Positions 17,381-26,880 of a stretch of DNA of 64,000 nucleotides are shown here, one piece after another. The notes under the pieces are model-generated. The model was not told the DNA's origin. It saw only the letters and a program-made list of their open reading frames with translations, and did no database searches. Position 1 is the first letter of the stretch. Each line of letters opens with the position of its first letter. The stretch lies in the IMG/VR virus record IMGVR_UViG_3300043411_002794, positions 64,001-128,000 of that record; one strand, given 5' to 3'. Both the position numbers and the translations under genes were made by a program. This DNA comes from a virus.

Positions 17381-18486
17381 TACGCGGCTTTGTACACGAG
17401 GCCGAGCTTCTGCAGCTTGGCCAAGCACTCGTCGCGTTCACGGGAGCGGGCGCCGCCCCATTCCGGCGGGCAGGCCTGCAGGAACATCGCTTCGGTTACG
17501 CCACCGTGTCCGTCGACGAGCGGTACGAGATTCTGGATCACCGCGATGTCGAGTTCGGTCAGCGTCATCGCGTTGAGGCGGTACTGCTTGAACGCTTCCC
17601 ACAGCACGGGGTAGAGCTGCCCGACGATCGCACCGATCGCGTTGGCGTAGGTGCGGATCTCCAGCTGCGCGTGAGAGTCCATCCGCAGCGAGAGGAAGTG
17701 CAGCAGGTTGTGCATGTCGCACTTCCAGATCGCCGTCGTCATAGTCGACAGCGGCAGATCTTTGCGGGCCTGCTCTTTGGCGACGCCGAACGCCAGGCGT
17801 TCTTCGTAGATTCCGCGGGATTCGTCGAGACCTTCCGTCTCGCGATGCGTCAGATACCGGCCCGGCGTAATGTCCGAGTAGTAACCGACGTATTCGAACA
17901 CCAGGGCTGACTGCGCAAATTCAAACGTGTCCGCCGCTTCGGTGTTGTTGAAACGGAACACACCCCAGCGACGTTCGTCCGCCCGGTCTTCTTCGGTGAC
18001 AAGTACGCCGGGCTGTCCGTCTTCGTCGATCGGAAAGATGCGATAATTGGCGGGCCAGTTATCGCCCAGTTCGCCTGCGCTGCCCTGCCGGTTCGACGTG
18101 CTTTGCAGCCGCCACGAATCAACGCCGGTGCGCTGGCACTCATCGATCGCCGGGGAGTACCGCGTCGAGTATTCGTTGACGTTCGCCATGCGGTGGCGAA
18201 TCCATTGGCGCCAGGTATCCATCGCGACCGTCACGCGAAACTTCATCTCCACCATCTCGAACGGCGTCGTATGGCGGTGCCGCAGCAGGTACCGCATGAG
18301 GCCGACGTCTTCGGCCGGCAACTTGGCGGTCGTCTGTGCCGTCACGCGGGCGGCTTCACAGATCTCGCGTTCATGACCCATGACGTCGATCAACTGGATC
18401 GAGCCGTCGAGTACCGGGACGCATTCTTGTTTCAGTGCGGCAAGCTTCGCAGCAAACGCTTCCGAGGAAAGGAACTCAGCCGACAT
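17380..18486 (-). CDS. thyX: flavin-dependent thymidylate synthase with an internal insertion
   Basis: RHRHTTPFEM, RQWIRHRMANVNEYSTRYS (RHRx7S signature), KEQARKDLPLS, NLLHFLSLRMDSHAQLEIR. Confidence 0.93.
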   Translation of the reverse strand: MSAEFLSSEAFAAKLAALKQECVPVLDGSIQLIDVMGHEREICEAARVTAQTTAKLPAEDVGLMRYLLRHRHTTPFEMVEMKFRVTVAMDTWRQWIRHRMANVNEYSTRYSPAIDECQRTGVDSWRLQSTSNRQGSAGELGDNWPANYRIFPIDEDGQPGVLVTEEDRADERRWGVFRFNNTEAADTFEFAQSALVFEYVGYYSDITPGRYLTHRETEGLDESRGIYEERLAFGVAKEQARKDLPLSTMTTAIWKCDMHNLLHFLSLRMDSHAQLEIRTYANAIGAIVGQLYPVLWEAFKQYRLNAMTLTELDIAVIQNLVPLVDGHGGVTEAMFLQACPPEWGGARSRERDECLAKLQKLGLVYKAA

Positions 18487-18510
18487 AGATTCTCCAAAAG
18501 AGGCAAGCGG

Positions 18511-18693
18511 CTATTCTCCCCGGGAACGATCCCGACGATCACGCCGCTCCAGTGCGTTGAACAAACGTAGAAGGTAGTACATGCCGATGACGACGGCGAT
18601 ACCACCGGAGAAGCCAAGCTGACGCTTGGCGATGAGTGCAGAGAAAACCATCAGCCAAAAGAGGCCGATGAACAGCTGACCGCCTTGGAACAT
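18511..18693 (-). CDS. small membrane protein
   Basis: 60 aa with two hydrophobic segments. Confidence 0.6.
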   Translation of the reverse strand: MFQGGQLFIGLFWLMVFSALIAKRQLGFSGGIAVVIGMYYLLRLFNALERRDRRDRSRGE

Positions 18694-19028
18694 GCGGTTA
18701 CAGGATTTCCGCCTCTCCGTGCGGCCACGGCGTCGTCAGACCGGTGTCTACGACAAGCTCCGGTAACTCATCACGAAGCAGTTCCGGGGCCGGAAGCGGA
18801 GGGGACAAAGAGTAATTGCTGATCGGACTGTCGGACAGTCGGATCTGCGGGCCGGGGCCGCGGAGGGTACTCCGCCCTTCAGGGAGCCGGCGTTCTTGGT
18901 AGCGTTTAGCGCTTCGCGAAATTTCAACCATTGTTGCGTCCTCAGGGACGGACGGGCATAATCGCGAAGCATAACAAAGGTAAGGCGAGACCCCAACGCC
19001 GTTTAGCAACGGGGTCCCGGCTTAGTGC

Positions 19029-19178
19029 TTAGATCCGAAAGCAGGCACGGAGTGTCGCCCACAGGATCCCGGTAATCGCCGAAACGATATGCCAGAGCAC
19101 GCTAAATAAGTCATCTGCCAGGTCCTGAACCCACTGGAGTTCCGGATCGTCAGGCTGACGCTGTCGAGGAGTAGGCAT
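19029..19178 (-). CDS. small hypothetical protein
   Basis: MPTPRQ... 49 aa with GGAGG SD 5 nt upstream; its ATG overlaps the terminase ATG (CATG). Confidence 0.5.
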   Translation of the reverse strand: MPTPRQRQPDDPELQWVQDLADDLFSVLWHIVSAITGILWATLRACFRI

Positions 19179-21129
19179 GGCTGCCTCCATGTATGACCGG
19201 CCGGAGCAGGCGCTCCGCACCGGTAGTGTTGCTCGCCTTGGGGCTACTCCCAAGGCCGTGAATTCGCTCATCAAAGATCTGATCTCGCCCGAACGGCACG
19301 GCCGCCCGATCGATATCACGGACAGGACCCACGCCTTACGGCGAATGGTCGATAACGGGGCGGTGCTGAGTCCGGCTAAGTTCTTAGGCAGCATCCTGCG
19401 GCTCGACGGGAAGCCGTTCACGCTGGACGACTACCAGCCGATGTCGCCGCTGTATCGCGCCCTCATGCCGACCAATACCACGTTAGGTACGGGTCGCCAA
19501 GTCGGCAAATCGACGAACATTGCGGCCCGCGGTCTGTTGACCTCGCTCGGTATCCCCAATTTCAAAACGCTTTACGTCACGCCGCTCTACGAACAGATTC
19601 GGCGTTTTTCCAACAACTACGTACGGCCCTTCATCAATCAGTCTCCTCTGCGGAGTCAATGGGTCAGCACGGTGACTGAACAGTCGGTGCTGCAGCGAAG
19701 CTTCCGCAACGGCTCGCTGATGTTGTTCTCGTTCGCGCTACTCGACGCGGATCGTATCCGCGGTGTGTCGGCACACTGCGTGTGCATCGACGAAGTGCAA
19801 GACATGGATCCGGCGCACTTGCCGATCATCAACGAAACGCTGACGGCCAGTAAGCAATACGGCCTTTCGATTTTTACAGGTACACACAAGAGCCTCTCGT
19901 CCGCGCTGCAGGGGCTCTGGAGTGAATCAAGTCAAGCGGAATGGGTGATCCCGTGTCCGCATCCAGGTTGTAAGACCGAGAATGTTCCATCGCGAGAGTT
20001 TCACGCGGAAGCAATGATCGGTCCGGTGCACATGCACATCAGCGAACGCTACCCGGGCGTCGTCTGTCGCAAGTGCCGCCGTCCGATCTCGCCGCGCTTT
20101 GGTATGTGGCGGCATCGTTACAAAGAGCTGCGATGGGTGCGGGCCGGTTATCACATTCCGCAAATCATTCTTCCGCTTCACTACGCTAGTCAGGAAAAGT
20201 GGAGCCAGATCGTTCGTAAGAAGTCCGGCGCTATTAGTGAAGCGGCCTTCTGGAATGAAGTGATGGGCGAGGCCGTCGACGTCGGGCAAAAGCTCGTGTC
20301 CGAATCGGAACTCAAACAAGCCGCATCGCTGCCGTGGCAAAACAATCCCGATCGACCGAACGGGGAGATCAAGAAACGGCTGAACCAATACGCCCACAAA
20401 ACGCTGGCCATTGACTGGGGCGGCGGCGGTGAGAAGGGTACCAGCTTTACGGCGCTCGCCGTGCTCGGCCAAACTGCCGACGGTAAGATCGACGTGCTCT
20501 GGGGTAAGCGGCTCATGCTTGGTTGCGATCGTATTCGCGAGGCCAAGGAGATCCGCGAGTGGTACACGTTCTTCAAATGTGAGTACATCGCGCACGACTT
20601 TACCGGTGCCGGCGAAGTCGCTGAAGCGGTGTTGATTCAAGCCGGACTGCAGCCGAAGCGGATCTTCGGCATTCGCTTACAGCGGTCGGGATACCAGGAC
20701 ATCATGGTGTTCCACGAACCGACGAGCTTCAACCACCATACGTTCCACACGCTCGACAAAGCCCGCTCACTGAACTACACGTGTACGGCCATTCGATTAG
20801 GTCGCGTCCGTTTCTTCCAGTGGGATCGTTTGGCCAAAGATCAGATCGGCCTAATCGGTGACTTCCTTGCATTAACCGAAGCCAATACGGAGCTGCGGCT
20901 CGGCGGTACGCTTTACACGATCGTCCGGGATCCTATGTGGCCGGACGACTGGGCACAGGCCGTGAATCTTGGCACCTGTTTAATCTGGCAGTTGTCCGAT
21001 TCGTGGCCTAACTTCGCCAAGCTGGCCGGCATCAAGAAATTGAGCCAGGCGCAGCTCCACGCCGCCGGTGATTACCAGTGGGGCTGGGATACGGATCCGG
21101 GCCGAGCTCATTTTCTCGGGAAGCCGTGA
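19177..21129 (+). CDS. terminase large subunit (lambda GpA-like)
   Basis: Walker A GRQVGKS, Walker B VCIDEVQDMD, CPHPGC/CRKC zinc motifs, FWNEVMGE, nuclease AIDWGGG; GAGGAG SD. Confidence 0.85.
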   Translation: MAASMYDRPEQALRTGSVARLGATPKAVNSLIKDLISPERHGRPIDITDRTHALRRMVDNGAVLSPAKFLGSILRLDGKPFTLDDYQPMSPLYRALMPTNTTLGTGRQVGKSTNIAARGLLTSLGIPNFKTLYVTPLYEQIRRFSNNYVRPFINQSPLRSQWVSTVTEQSVLQRSFRNGSLMLFSFALLDADRIRGVSAHCVCIDEVQDMDPAHLPIINETLTASKQYGLSIFTGTHKSLSSALQGLWSESSQAEWVIPCPHPGCKTENVPSREFHAEAMIGPVHMHISERYPGVVCRKCRRPISPRFGMWRHRYKELRWVRAGYHIPQIILPLHYASQEKWSQIVRKKSGAISEAAFWNEVMGEAVDVGQKLVSESELKQAASLPWQNNPDRPNGEIKKRLNQYAHKTLAIDWGGGGEKGTSFTALAVLGQTADGKIDVLWGKRLMLGCDRIREAKEIREWYTFFKCEYIAHDFTGAGEVAEAVLIQAGLQPKRIFGIRLQRSGYQDIMVFHEPTSFNHHTFHTLDKARSLNYTCTAIRLGRVRFFQWDRLAKDQIGLIGDFLALTEANTELRLGGTLYTIVRDPMWPDDWAQAVNLGTCLIWQLSDSWPNFAKLAGIKKLSQAQLHAAGDYQWGWDTDPGRAHFLGKP

Positions 21130-21371
21130 TGCAACGGATCAAGTAGGCGATCGTCTTCGAATGCTTGTTCGATCTCGTCGTCGAGGTCGAGGTCGACGTC
21201 CAGCAACCAGTCGTCGTCAATGCTGTCGTCGTTCGCCGCGAGCACGTTGTGCTCCGGCGGGAAGTACGGACTGTCGATGTTCTCGGACTTACCGCGGAGC
21301 TCTTCCAGCGGCTCGTCGACGTCGAGATCGAACGCTTCGGGAAATTCTTGGTCGTCGAGATCGTCTTGCAT
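21108..21371 (-). CDS. small acidic protein
   Basis: MQDDLDDQEF..., very D/E-rich; overlaps the terminase 3' end convergently. Confidence 0.5.
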   Translation of the reverse strand: MQDDLDDQEFPEAFDLDVDEPLEELRGKSENIDSPYFPPEHNVLAANDDSIDDDWLLDVDLDLDDEIEQAFEDDRLLDPLHHGFPRK

Positions 21372-21480
21372 AGAAGGATACAAACAGCGGCCTGACATAA
21401 CACTGCTCCCGGAGTTACTACGGCGGGGCGACCACTGCAATGGTACCGCCCAATCTGCTTTATTGCGCGTCGCGTGAACA

Positions 21481-23682
21481 TCACCGACGGACGGGGATCT
21501 GCGAGTCGTCAATAACGACTCCGGTTTCTTGCGTCCACCAACGGACGACATCGACTAGAAGCGTTTCATACAGGTTTTCCTTACGGGGTATGTTGAAGCG
21601 GCGGCGGGCAAGATCGTGTAAGTAACTGGCCGGCAACTCTCGTGCCGCCTGGAGGAACGCGTCCGACGGTTGCGGATGGTCGTCCTCGAGTATCGTCCAA
21701 CCGCGGGGCTGCACGATGTCGGCATCAAGCTCGTTGCCGAGCATGATTATGTTCACGTAGTCGCCGGCGACTACGTGGTAAAGTTGTTGCCGACGGTGTT
21801 TTTGTTTTTTAACCCACGGCAGTAGGGCCGACCAGTCGTGCGGATGGCTGTAGTACCGCCGACTGTGGCGGGGAATAAAGTTGCAACCAAATTTTTCCAA
21901 GATGGATCGCGACGCATCGAACGTACCGCCCGTGATCATCATGCGCGGTTTTTGCTCACCTATCAGCGGTGACATGACGGAACACGCCACATTGGTCAGT
22001 AACCCTAGTGCCAATGGCAGGCACGGCCCGTTCAAGGCACGGATGTCGGCACTACCCAGTATGCTCGGCGGTGGTACGGCCGCAGCCGCAGGCGAACCGA
22101 CGTAGCGGCTGTTCTCGTCGATCTCAAGTTGCCCGGTGGAGCTGATGCTGAAGTCTTGAAAGCGAAAGCGAAGCGAGTCCCAGCCGATACGCGTGTATGC
22201 AGCACTGGTTAGCGGTTGGTGGAACTGCGTGGCGATCGCCAGCACTTTGGTCTTAATCGAGTTGGAGATGATCAGGTTGGCGTTGACGGATGCGGCGACA
22301 ACAACCAACGCGTTAGCGAAGGCACTTGCGTCACTTGCCGACCAGCGGACGTCGAACGGGATCTGCGTATCGTGACAGTGCAGCACCCCGGTTGCCCGCA
22401 TAACATCGTGTGCGATGATTTCGTGAATCTTGACACGAGCGCTTGCGAGCTGCGTACCAGCCGGCGTGTACCAGCCATTCTCGCGTTCAACGACTTGCAA
22501 CGGGCCCGCCATAGCGACAATCTGCGTATCTGCGGTTGCCAGCCGGGAACAGCCTTTGACAATCTCCCGTTGCTCGACCGCGTCTAGCGGTAGGCTCTGG
22601 AAGAACGCCCGGGCGTCGTCTACCGGCATCCGCTGCAGCTTACGAATCAGTGCCGCTCTCCAGCTCACGGCAGCCGTAATCGTGTTACGCAGCGTTTCCG
22701 CGGCACGACTGATATTTCTAGGAACGGCGGGAGCTGCGTCCCAGAGCCAGCCAATCCGTGCATTCATGCTGCGGGCCATCAAGATGGTCTTCGCAAGCTC
22801 GTTTGGCGGGACCGTTTCTGGGGCGAAGACAAGCACGATCGTACGTTTGCGATTGCCGAACCAGTCGCACGAGTTGCGCAGCGAGACGTTGTACGAATGC
22901 ATCCCCATGAGCGGCAGCGGGGCGATGTTCGTCGCCATGTGCCGCTGCTGCAGTCGCAGTGCCCACCAGATATCGGGCATTAGGACCAGCTCGTTCTCCA
23001 GGTACCGGGTGGCGACAGGGAGCGTGCTCGGCATGGTGTACGCGGTTTGCGTCGAGCGCGGGTCATGGCGAATCACAGTCTGACGCACAATGCCGTGTTG
23101 GTGCGTGGCAAAATGCATCCCGGCGATAAGCCCCGGCAGTGTATAAAGCGGCTGTATGACGTAGTACCCGTCACTGAGCTGCCCGACGTTCAGGCCGAGC
23201 GATAATTGTTTAAGTTCGGCCCCTACGCCTAACCCGACAAATTCCATTGTGGCGTCGGGCTGAAACAGTAATTGCTGCAGGAGCACTTTGATCCCTTGCG
23301 GCAAACCACGCAGATTTTCTCGTGGTTTACGGGATTCTTCCCAGTAGGTCGCCAGTACTTTGCGGTTCTCGCAGAGGGTCGCGTATGCGATCCGCTCCTC
23401 CGCTGAGCTGACGTACGCTGCGTGATCGCGGCCCAGCCGGGTCAATGCCTCGGCCTGATCGACCTTCCAAGTCGCTGCGGCAAACTCTATCATGTCGCCA
23501 CAGAACCGGCAGCTATTGCAGTGTGCCCATGTACCGTGTTCCGGTGCGTCGGGCAGCAACTGAAGCTTGCCTCGGCAACGAGGACAAGCGACGATTGTCG
23601 GAAGCACGGTCGTCGTGACGGGCAACCCGACCGACGTCAGTACGTCATGCCAGGGATAATAGCGATTCAGGGAGGATTGCAT
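21481..23682 (-). CDS. large hypothetical protein with N-terminal primase-type zinc-finger-like domain
   Basis: CPRCRG...HCNSCRFCGDMIEFAA resembles the Zn-binding GD-x-I-x-F motif of primases; remainder unrecognised. Confidence 0.55.
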   Translation of the reverse strand: MQSSLNRYYPWHDVLTSVGLPVTTTVLPTIVACPRCRGKLQLLPDAPEHGTWAHCNSCRFCGDMIEFAAATWKVDQAEALTRLGRDHAAYVSSAEERIAYATLCENRKVLATYWEESRKPRENLRGLPQGIKVLLQQLLFQPDATMEFVGLGVGAELKQLSLGLNVGQLSDGYYVIQPLYTLPGLIAGMHFATHQHGIVRQTVIRHDPRSTQTAYTMPSTLPVATRYLENELVLMPDIWWALRLQQRHMATNIAPLPLMGMHSYNVSLRNSCDWFGNRKRTIVLVFAPETVPPNELAKTILMARSMNARIGWLWDAAPAVPRNISRAAETLRNTITAAVSWRAALIRKLQRMPVDDARAFFQSLPLDAVEQREIVKGCSRLATADTQIVAMAGPLQVVERENGWYTPAGTQLASARVKIHEIIAHDVMRATGVLHCHDTQIPFDVRWSASDASAFANALVVVAASVNANLIISNSIKTKVLAIATQFHQPLTSAAYTRIGWDSLRFRFQDFSISSTGQLEIDENSRYVGSPAAAAVPPPSILGSADIRALNGPCLPLALGLLTNVACSVMSPLIGEQKPRMMITGGTFDASRSILEKFGCNFIPRHSRRYYSHPHDWSALLPWVKKQKHRRQQLYHVVAGDYVNIIMLGNELDADIVQPRGWTILEDDHPQPSDAFLQAARELPASYLHDLARRRFNIPRKENLYETLLVDVVRWWTQETGVVIDDSQIPVRR

Positions 23683-24874
23683 GTCGACAATCTGGGATCA
23701 TACGCAGGACGTGTCGGGTAGTGAGTTCCACCGCCTGACTAGTTTATTTCCGCCGCCGGATTTCGTGAAAGAGGCCTCCCACGAACGCCTATTCGGTGAT
23801 GCGGACGGCATCCCGGCTCACCTTTACGGTGACACCGCCGGACGCCGCTTCCCGTGCCACTCGGCCCCGGCTACGTGGGCCTCGGCTTTGTTTCTGTTCG
23901 ATAAGCAGGCTGCCCTCAAGCCGAACGAACGGCAACTCTACGAGCAACGCCTGTTGTCGCAGGCCGAATACTTCGGCATCAAGGGGCAGGTCATTGCTCT
24001 GCGGGAAAAGGTAGCAGCAATCGCCAACGACACGGAAGCCCAGCTGCCGGACGAAGACTTCGCCCTGGTCTGGGCGGCCGCCGACGGCACCAAGCAACGC
24101 CGCTGGCCGCTGCGGAACGCCGGAGAGGTCAAGGTTGCAGCCGAGACCTTTGCCAAGTACCGCGACGACTTCACGTTCGCCGATCGCCACACGGTGGCCA
24201 CCAAGATCCTGGAATCCGCCGTCCGTTACGGCGCCTCGCTGGGCGGTGCCGACGAGGTCATCGAAAAGGCCGCCGGCCGCGGCTCCTGCGCCGGAGCTCA
24301 CGTGGCGGACGCGTTCGAACAACGGGGCCGCATGGCCCGGGCCACGCATCCGGCCTTGGCGGAAGAAGCGATCAAGATGGCGGAAGTTGTCCGCAGTGCC
24401 CCGCAGCAAGCCCGTGGCCACGACAATCTCGTGAAGCTGGCCGGATTGCTCGACACCTTCGATCGTTCGACGGGACTTGTCTCGCTGTACGACGAAGGCG
24501 GCCTGCCGCGGCCGGAAGAGATCTTCTTCCAGGTCACGGAGAAGAATGCGGGCGAGTTCATCGCCACGCACGTGCCAACGACCACCGGTCGGATCTACGA
24601 GCTCGAATCGCTGGAAAAGATCTCGGTCTCGCAATACCGCGAATGGCTCGGCGACGACTTCGCCGATGCCGTCTGTGCCGCCGGGATGCTGCCCGACAGG
24701 GAAAAGTTGGCAGCGGTGCTGCCGACCATGGACCGCGGCATGGCCACGACGTTCGACCGGATGGCCGATTCGTTGGCGATCTCGCCGGTAGCGCAAGAAA
24801 AGGCTGCCGCCCAGGGACCCCTGAGCGGCAGCCGGTTGTTTGAACAAGCCGCGAAGTATCAGCCTGCGGGCTGA
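23681..24874 (+). CDS. hypothetical (possibly virion) protein with a duplicated RxFP/RxWP motif
   Basis: 397 aa; GGAGG SD; RRFPCHSAPATWASA and RRWPLRNAGEVKVAA. Confidence 0.7.
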   Translation: MSTIWDHTQDVSGSEFHRLTSLFPPPDFVKEASHERLFGDADGIPAHLYGDTAGRRFPCHSAPATWASALFLFDKQAALKPNERQLYEQRLLSQAEYFGIKGQVIALREKVAAIANDTEAQLPDEDFALVWAAADGTKQRRWPLRNAGEVKVAAETFAKYRDDFTFADRHTVATKILESAVRYGASLGGADEVIEKAAGRGSCAGAHVADAFEQRGRMARATHPALAEEAIKMAEVVRSAPQQARGHDNLVKLAGLLDTFDRSTGLVSLYDEGGLPRPEEIFFQVTEKNAGEFIATHVPTTTGRIYELESLEKISVSQYREWLGDDFADAVCAAGMLPDREKLAAVLPTMDRGMATTFDRMADSLAISPVAQEKAAAQGPLSGSRLFEQAAKYQPAG

Positions 24875-25110
24875 GTTGGCGGCGGTGCCGCTTCCGTCGC
24901 AATTTCTTCCCGCAGGATATGACATTGCGGCGGAAGCTCGAGCCCGACACGGACACGTTCAGTGCCGCGGATGTCGACAATTCGCACGATACCCGAGAAC
25001 ACAATGGTGTCTTTCTCGGGTGCGGCCTGGGCCAACAGGCTCTCAATCTGCTCCCGCGTCATGGTGAGCAGGACTGCTTCGTCGCGTTTACGGGATAATA
25101 CAAGCATCAC
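24859..25110 (-). CDS. csrA: carbon storage regulator CsrA/RsmA family protein
   Basis: MLVLSRKRDEAVLL...IVRIVDIRGTERVRVGLELPPQCHILREEI, with a ~20 aa insertion. Confidence 0.8.
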   Translation of the reverse strand: MMLVLSRKRDEAVLLTMTREQIESLLAQAAPEKDTIVFSGIVRIVDIRGTERVRVGLELPPQCHILREEIATEAAPPPTQPAG

Positions 25111-25116
25111 GAACTC

Positions 25117-25599
25117 CTAAGAATCTTCCAGACGATAGTCGGCGGCGTCCGGGTTGCCGCTGTAGCACAAAAGCGTACTGATGATTCCAATCAGCAACGA
25201 AACCGGGAGCAAATCCCGGACCCGTCCGATAGCATCCTCTGCGCGACTAACGGGTGCGACGCAACAAGCATCGACCCCCAGTCCCTTGAAGGCGGGACCA
25301 ACATAGTCCATGTTCCTGTAAATGCCAGACGCCTGCGGAAACAAAAAGTTCCCGGCGGTCGCGACACGGATTGGACCAGAGTAACCTGCCGGTGATGCTT
25401 GCAATGCCACCCCGGCAAACAGGCGACACGCAATGCTGCGAGTATGTTCGGGATCGTCACCGTGAATGGCGTGCAACGCCACGGCGATCTCGCCGCGTAC
25501 GAGTGCCACGAGATCCCCGACGTGGATGACGTGCTCGTTGGAGGTCGGCAGCACCACCGGAGAGACGTCTCCGGAGTGATACCGCATTACGTCGGGCAT
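25117..25599 (-). CDS. capsid cement / decoration-like protein (DUF2190-like)
   Basis: MPDVMRYHSGDVSPVV, IHVGDLV, FAGVALQAS, PIRVATAGNFLF. Confidence 0.5.
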   Translation of the reverse strand: MPDVMRYHSGDVSPVVLPTSNEHVIHVGDLVALVRGEIAVALHAIHGDDPEHTRSIACRLFAGVALQASPAGYSGPIRVATAGNFLFPQASGIYRNMDYVGPAFKGLGVDACCVAPVSRAEDAIGRVRDLLPVSLLIGIISTLLCYSGNPDAADYRLEDS

Positions 25600-26348
25600 G
25601 GTACGTCCGGTGCCAGCAGCGGAATGCCTTCGTCGATACCGCCCATCAGCGGCATTAGGAGCGATTCCCAGAACGGGCGACGCTGCTTGTCCCAGCATAA
25701 GCCGCACGAAGTGCAGGTGTGCTTCATCTTACCGCCGACAACACCGTTCTCGGCCGGACAGACCAGGACGCCGTTGGCTTTCTTCATGGTCGTGTCGGGG
25801 CTGTCCCGGAAGACCAGGTCGCAGTCGTCGGGCGCCGTAGCGGCGTCCGCGTCGTCGATGGCCATGTAGGCGATCCGGACGCCGGGTACGCGCGGGGCCA
25901 TGCCCTTCTCGCGATCGGTGCTGAACCACAGGCACATGTTGACCAGCGAGCTGAGGCGGGCCAGCTGCGGGAAGATATCCAGTTCGGACCAGCTGCGGGT
26001 GTAACCGTAGAAGGTCGTGCTGCGGCAGGCTTTAATGATGTCGTACCACTTGTCGACGTACGCCGGATCGTAGAAGTCACCGGCGACGTGCAGCCGGACG
26101 ACACCGGCATTGTGTTTACGGATTTCTCCGGCCATCCACGGAGCGAACTCCGGCATGGTCGAAAAGCGGTAATTGGCGGCATGCGATTCTTTGACGTTTC
26201 GCATACGGAAGAAACCTTCGGCGGCGTAGCAACGCGAGTCGCAGAGGCGACTTTTTCCCGGGCAGGTCTCTCGGGCTGGAATACTCCAGCTGAAAATACC
26301 TACGCCCAGTTTCGTGTTGCCGCCCTGCAATTTGGCGACGGCTGTCAT
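25587..26348 (-). CDS. GP88-like phage protein (radical-SAM-like Cys motif)
   Basis: TCPGKSRLCDSRCYA, VRLHVAGDF, YGYTRS, CPAE...CTSCGLCW. Confidence 0.75.
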   Translation of the reverse strand: MTAVAKLQGGNTKLGVGIFSWSIPARETCPGKSRLCDSRCYAAEGFFRMRNVKESHAANYRFSTMPEFAPWMAGEIRKHNAGVVRLHVAGDFYDPAYVDKWYDIIKACRSTTFYGYTRSWSELDIFPQLARLSSLVNMCLWFSTDREKGMAPRVPGVRIAYMAIDDADAATAPDDCDLVFRDSPDTTMKKANGVLVCPAENGVVGGKMKHTCTSCGLCWDKQRRPFWESLLMPLMGGIDEGIPLLAPDVPCPT

Positions 26349-26878
26349 TCTTCGAATGAGATGTTCCGGCGTTGTTTTTCGTACGGGTCCGGCTCAATGC
26401 CGGCAATCCGATTCATGGCTTCCTGCTGGACAGCCCGTAGTTTTTCATTTCGCCAGGGCTCCGCTTCACGTTGCGGGGCCGCGCCGGACGTCACGTCTAG
26501 GCGATCACGGATATAGCTGAATGTGGACGGCGGGAACGACAGACCGCGGTTGGCGGCCTCGATGACCAAGGCTTTGAACATCGGTTGCTGGGCGAGCCAG
26601 CCGGAAGGGCCGAAGCACGCTTCCATTTTGGTTGCCCAGGCCTTGGCCAACGACAAGTGGGCGTTGACCATCCAGATGACGATCTCCCAAATTCGCTTGT
26701 CGGGCAGCGTGTCGAAGGCAACGACAGTCCCATCTTGTTCCCGCCAGAAGCGATCGGATCGCTTCCAGTCGATGGACTGCGTCGTTTCCCGCCAGGCGTC
26801 TTTATCGGCATCGCGGGCGGCTTGTTCGGCCGCCCGCTGCCTGGCGGGAATCCCTGGTTCGACATGACGAAAGGCCAT
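26345..26878 (-). CDS. hypothetical protein
   Basis: 177 aa; ATGA-coupled to the next gene. Confidence 0.65.
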   Translation of the reverse strand: MAFRHVEPGIPARQRAAEQAARDADKDAWRETTQSIDWKRSDRFWREQDGTVVAFDTLPDKRIWEIVIWMVNAHLSLAKAWATKMEACFGPSGWLAQQPMFKALVIEAANRGLSFPPSTFSYIRDRLDVTSGAAPQREAEPWRNEKLRAVQQEAMNRIAGIEPDPYEKQRRNISFEE

Positions 26879-26880
26879 GC

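Noticed and set aside
17700-18100. Intein in ThyX
   Set aside because: No Cys/Ser N-terminal block, no His-Asn C-terminus, no LAGLIDADG motif.
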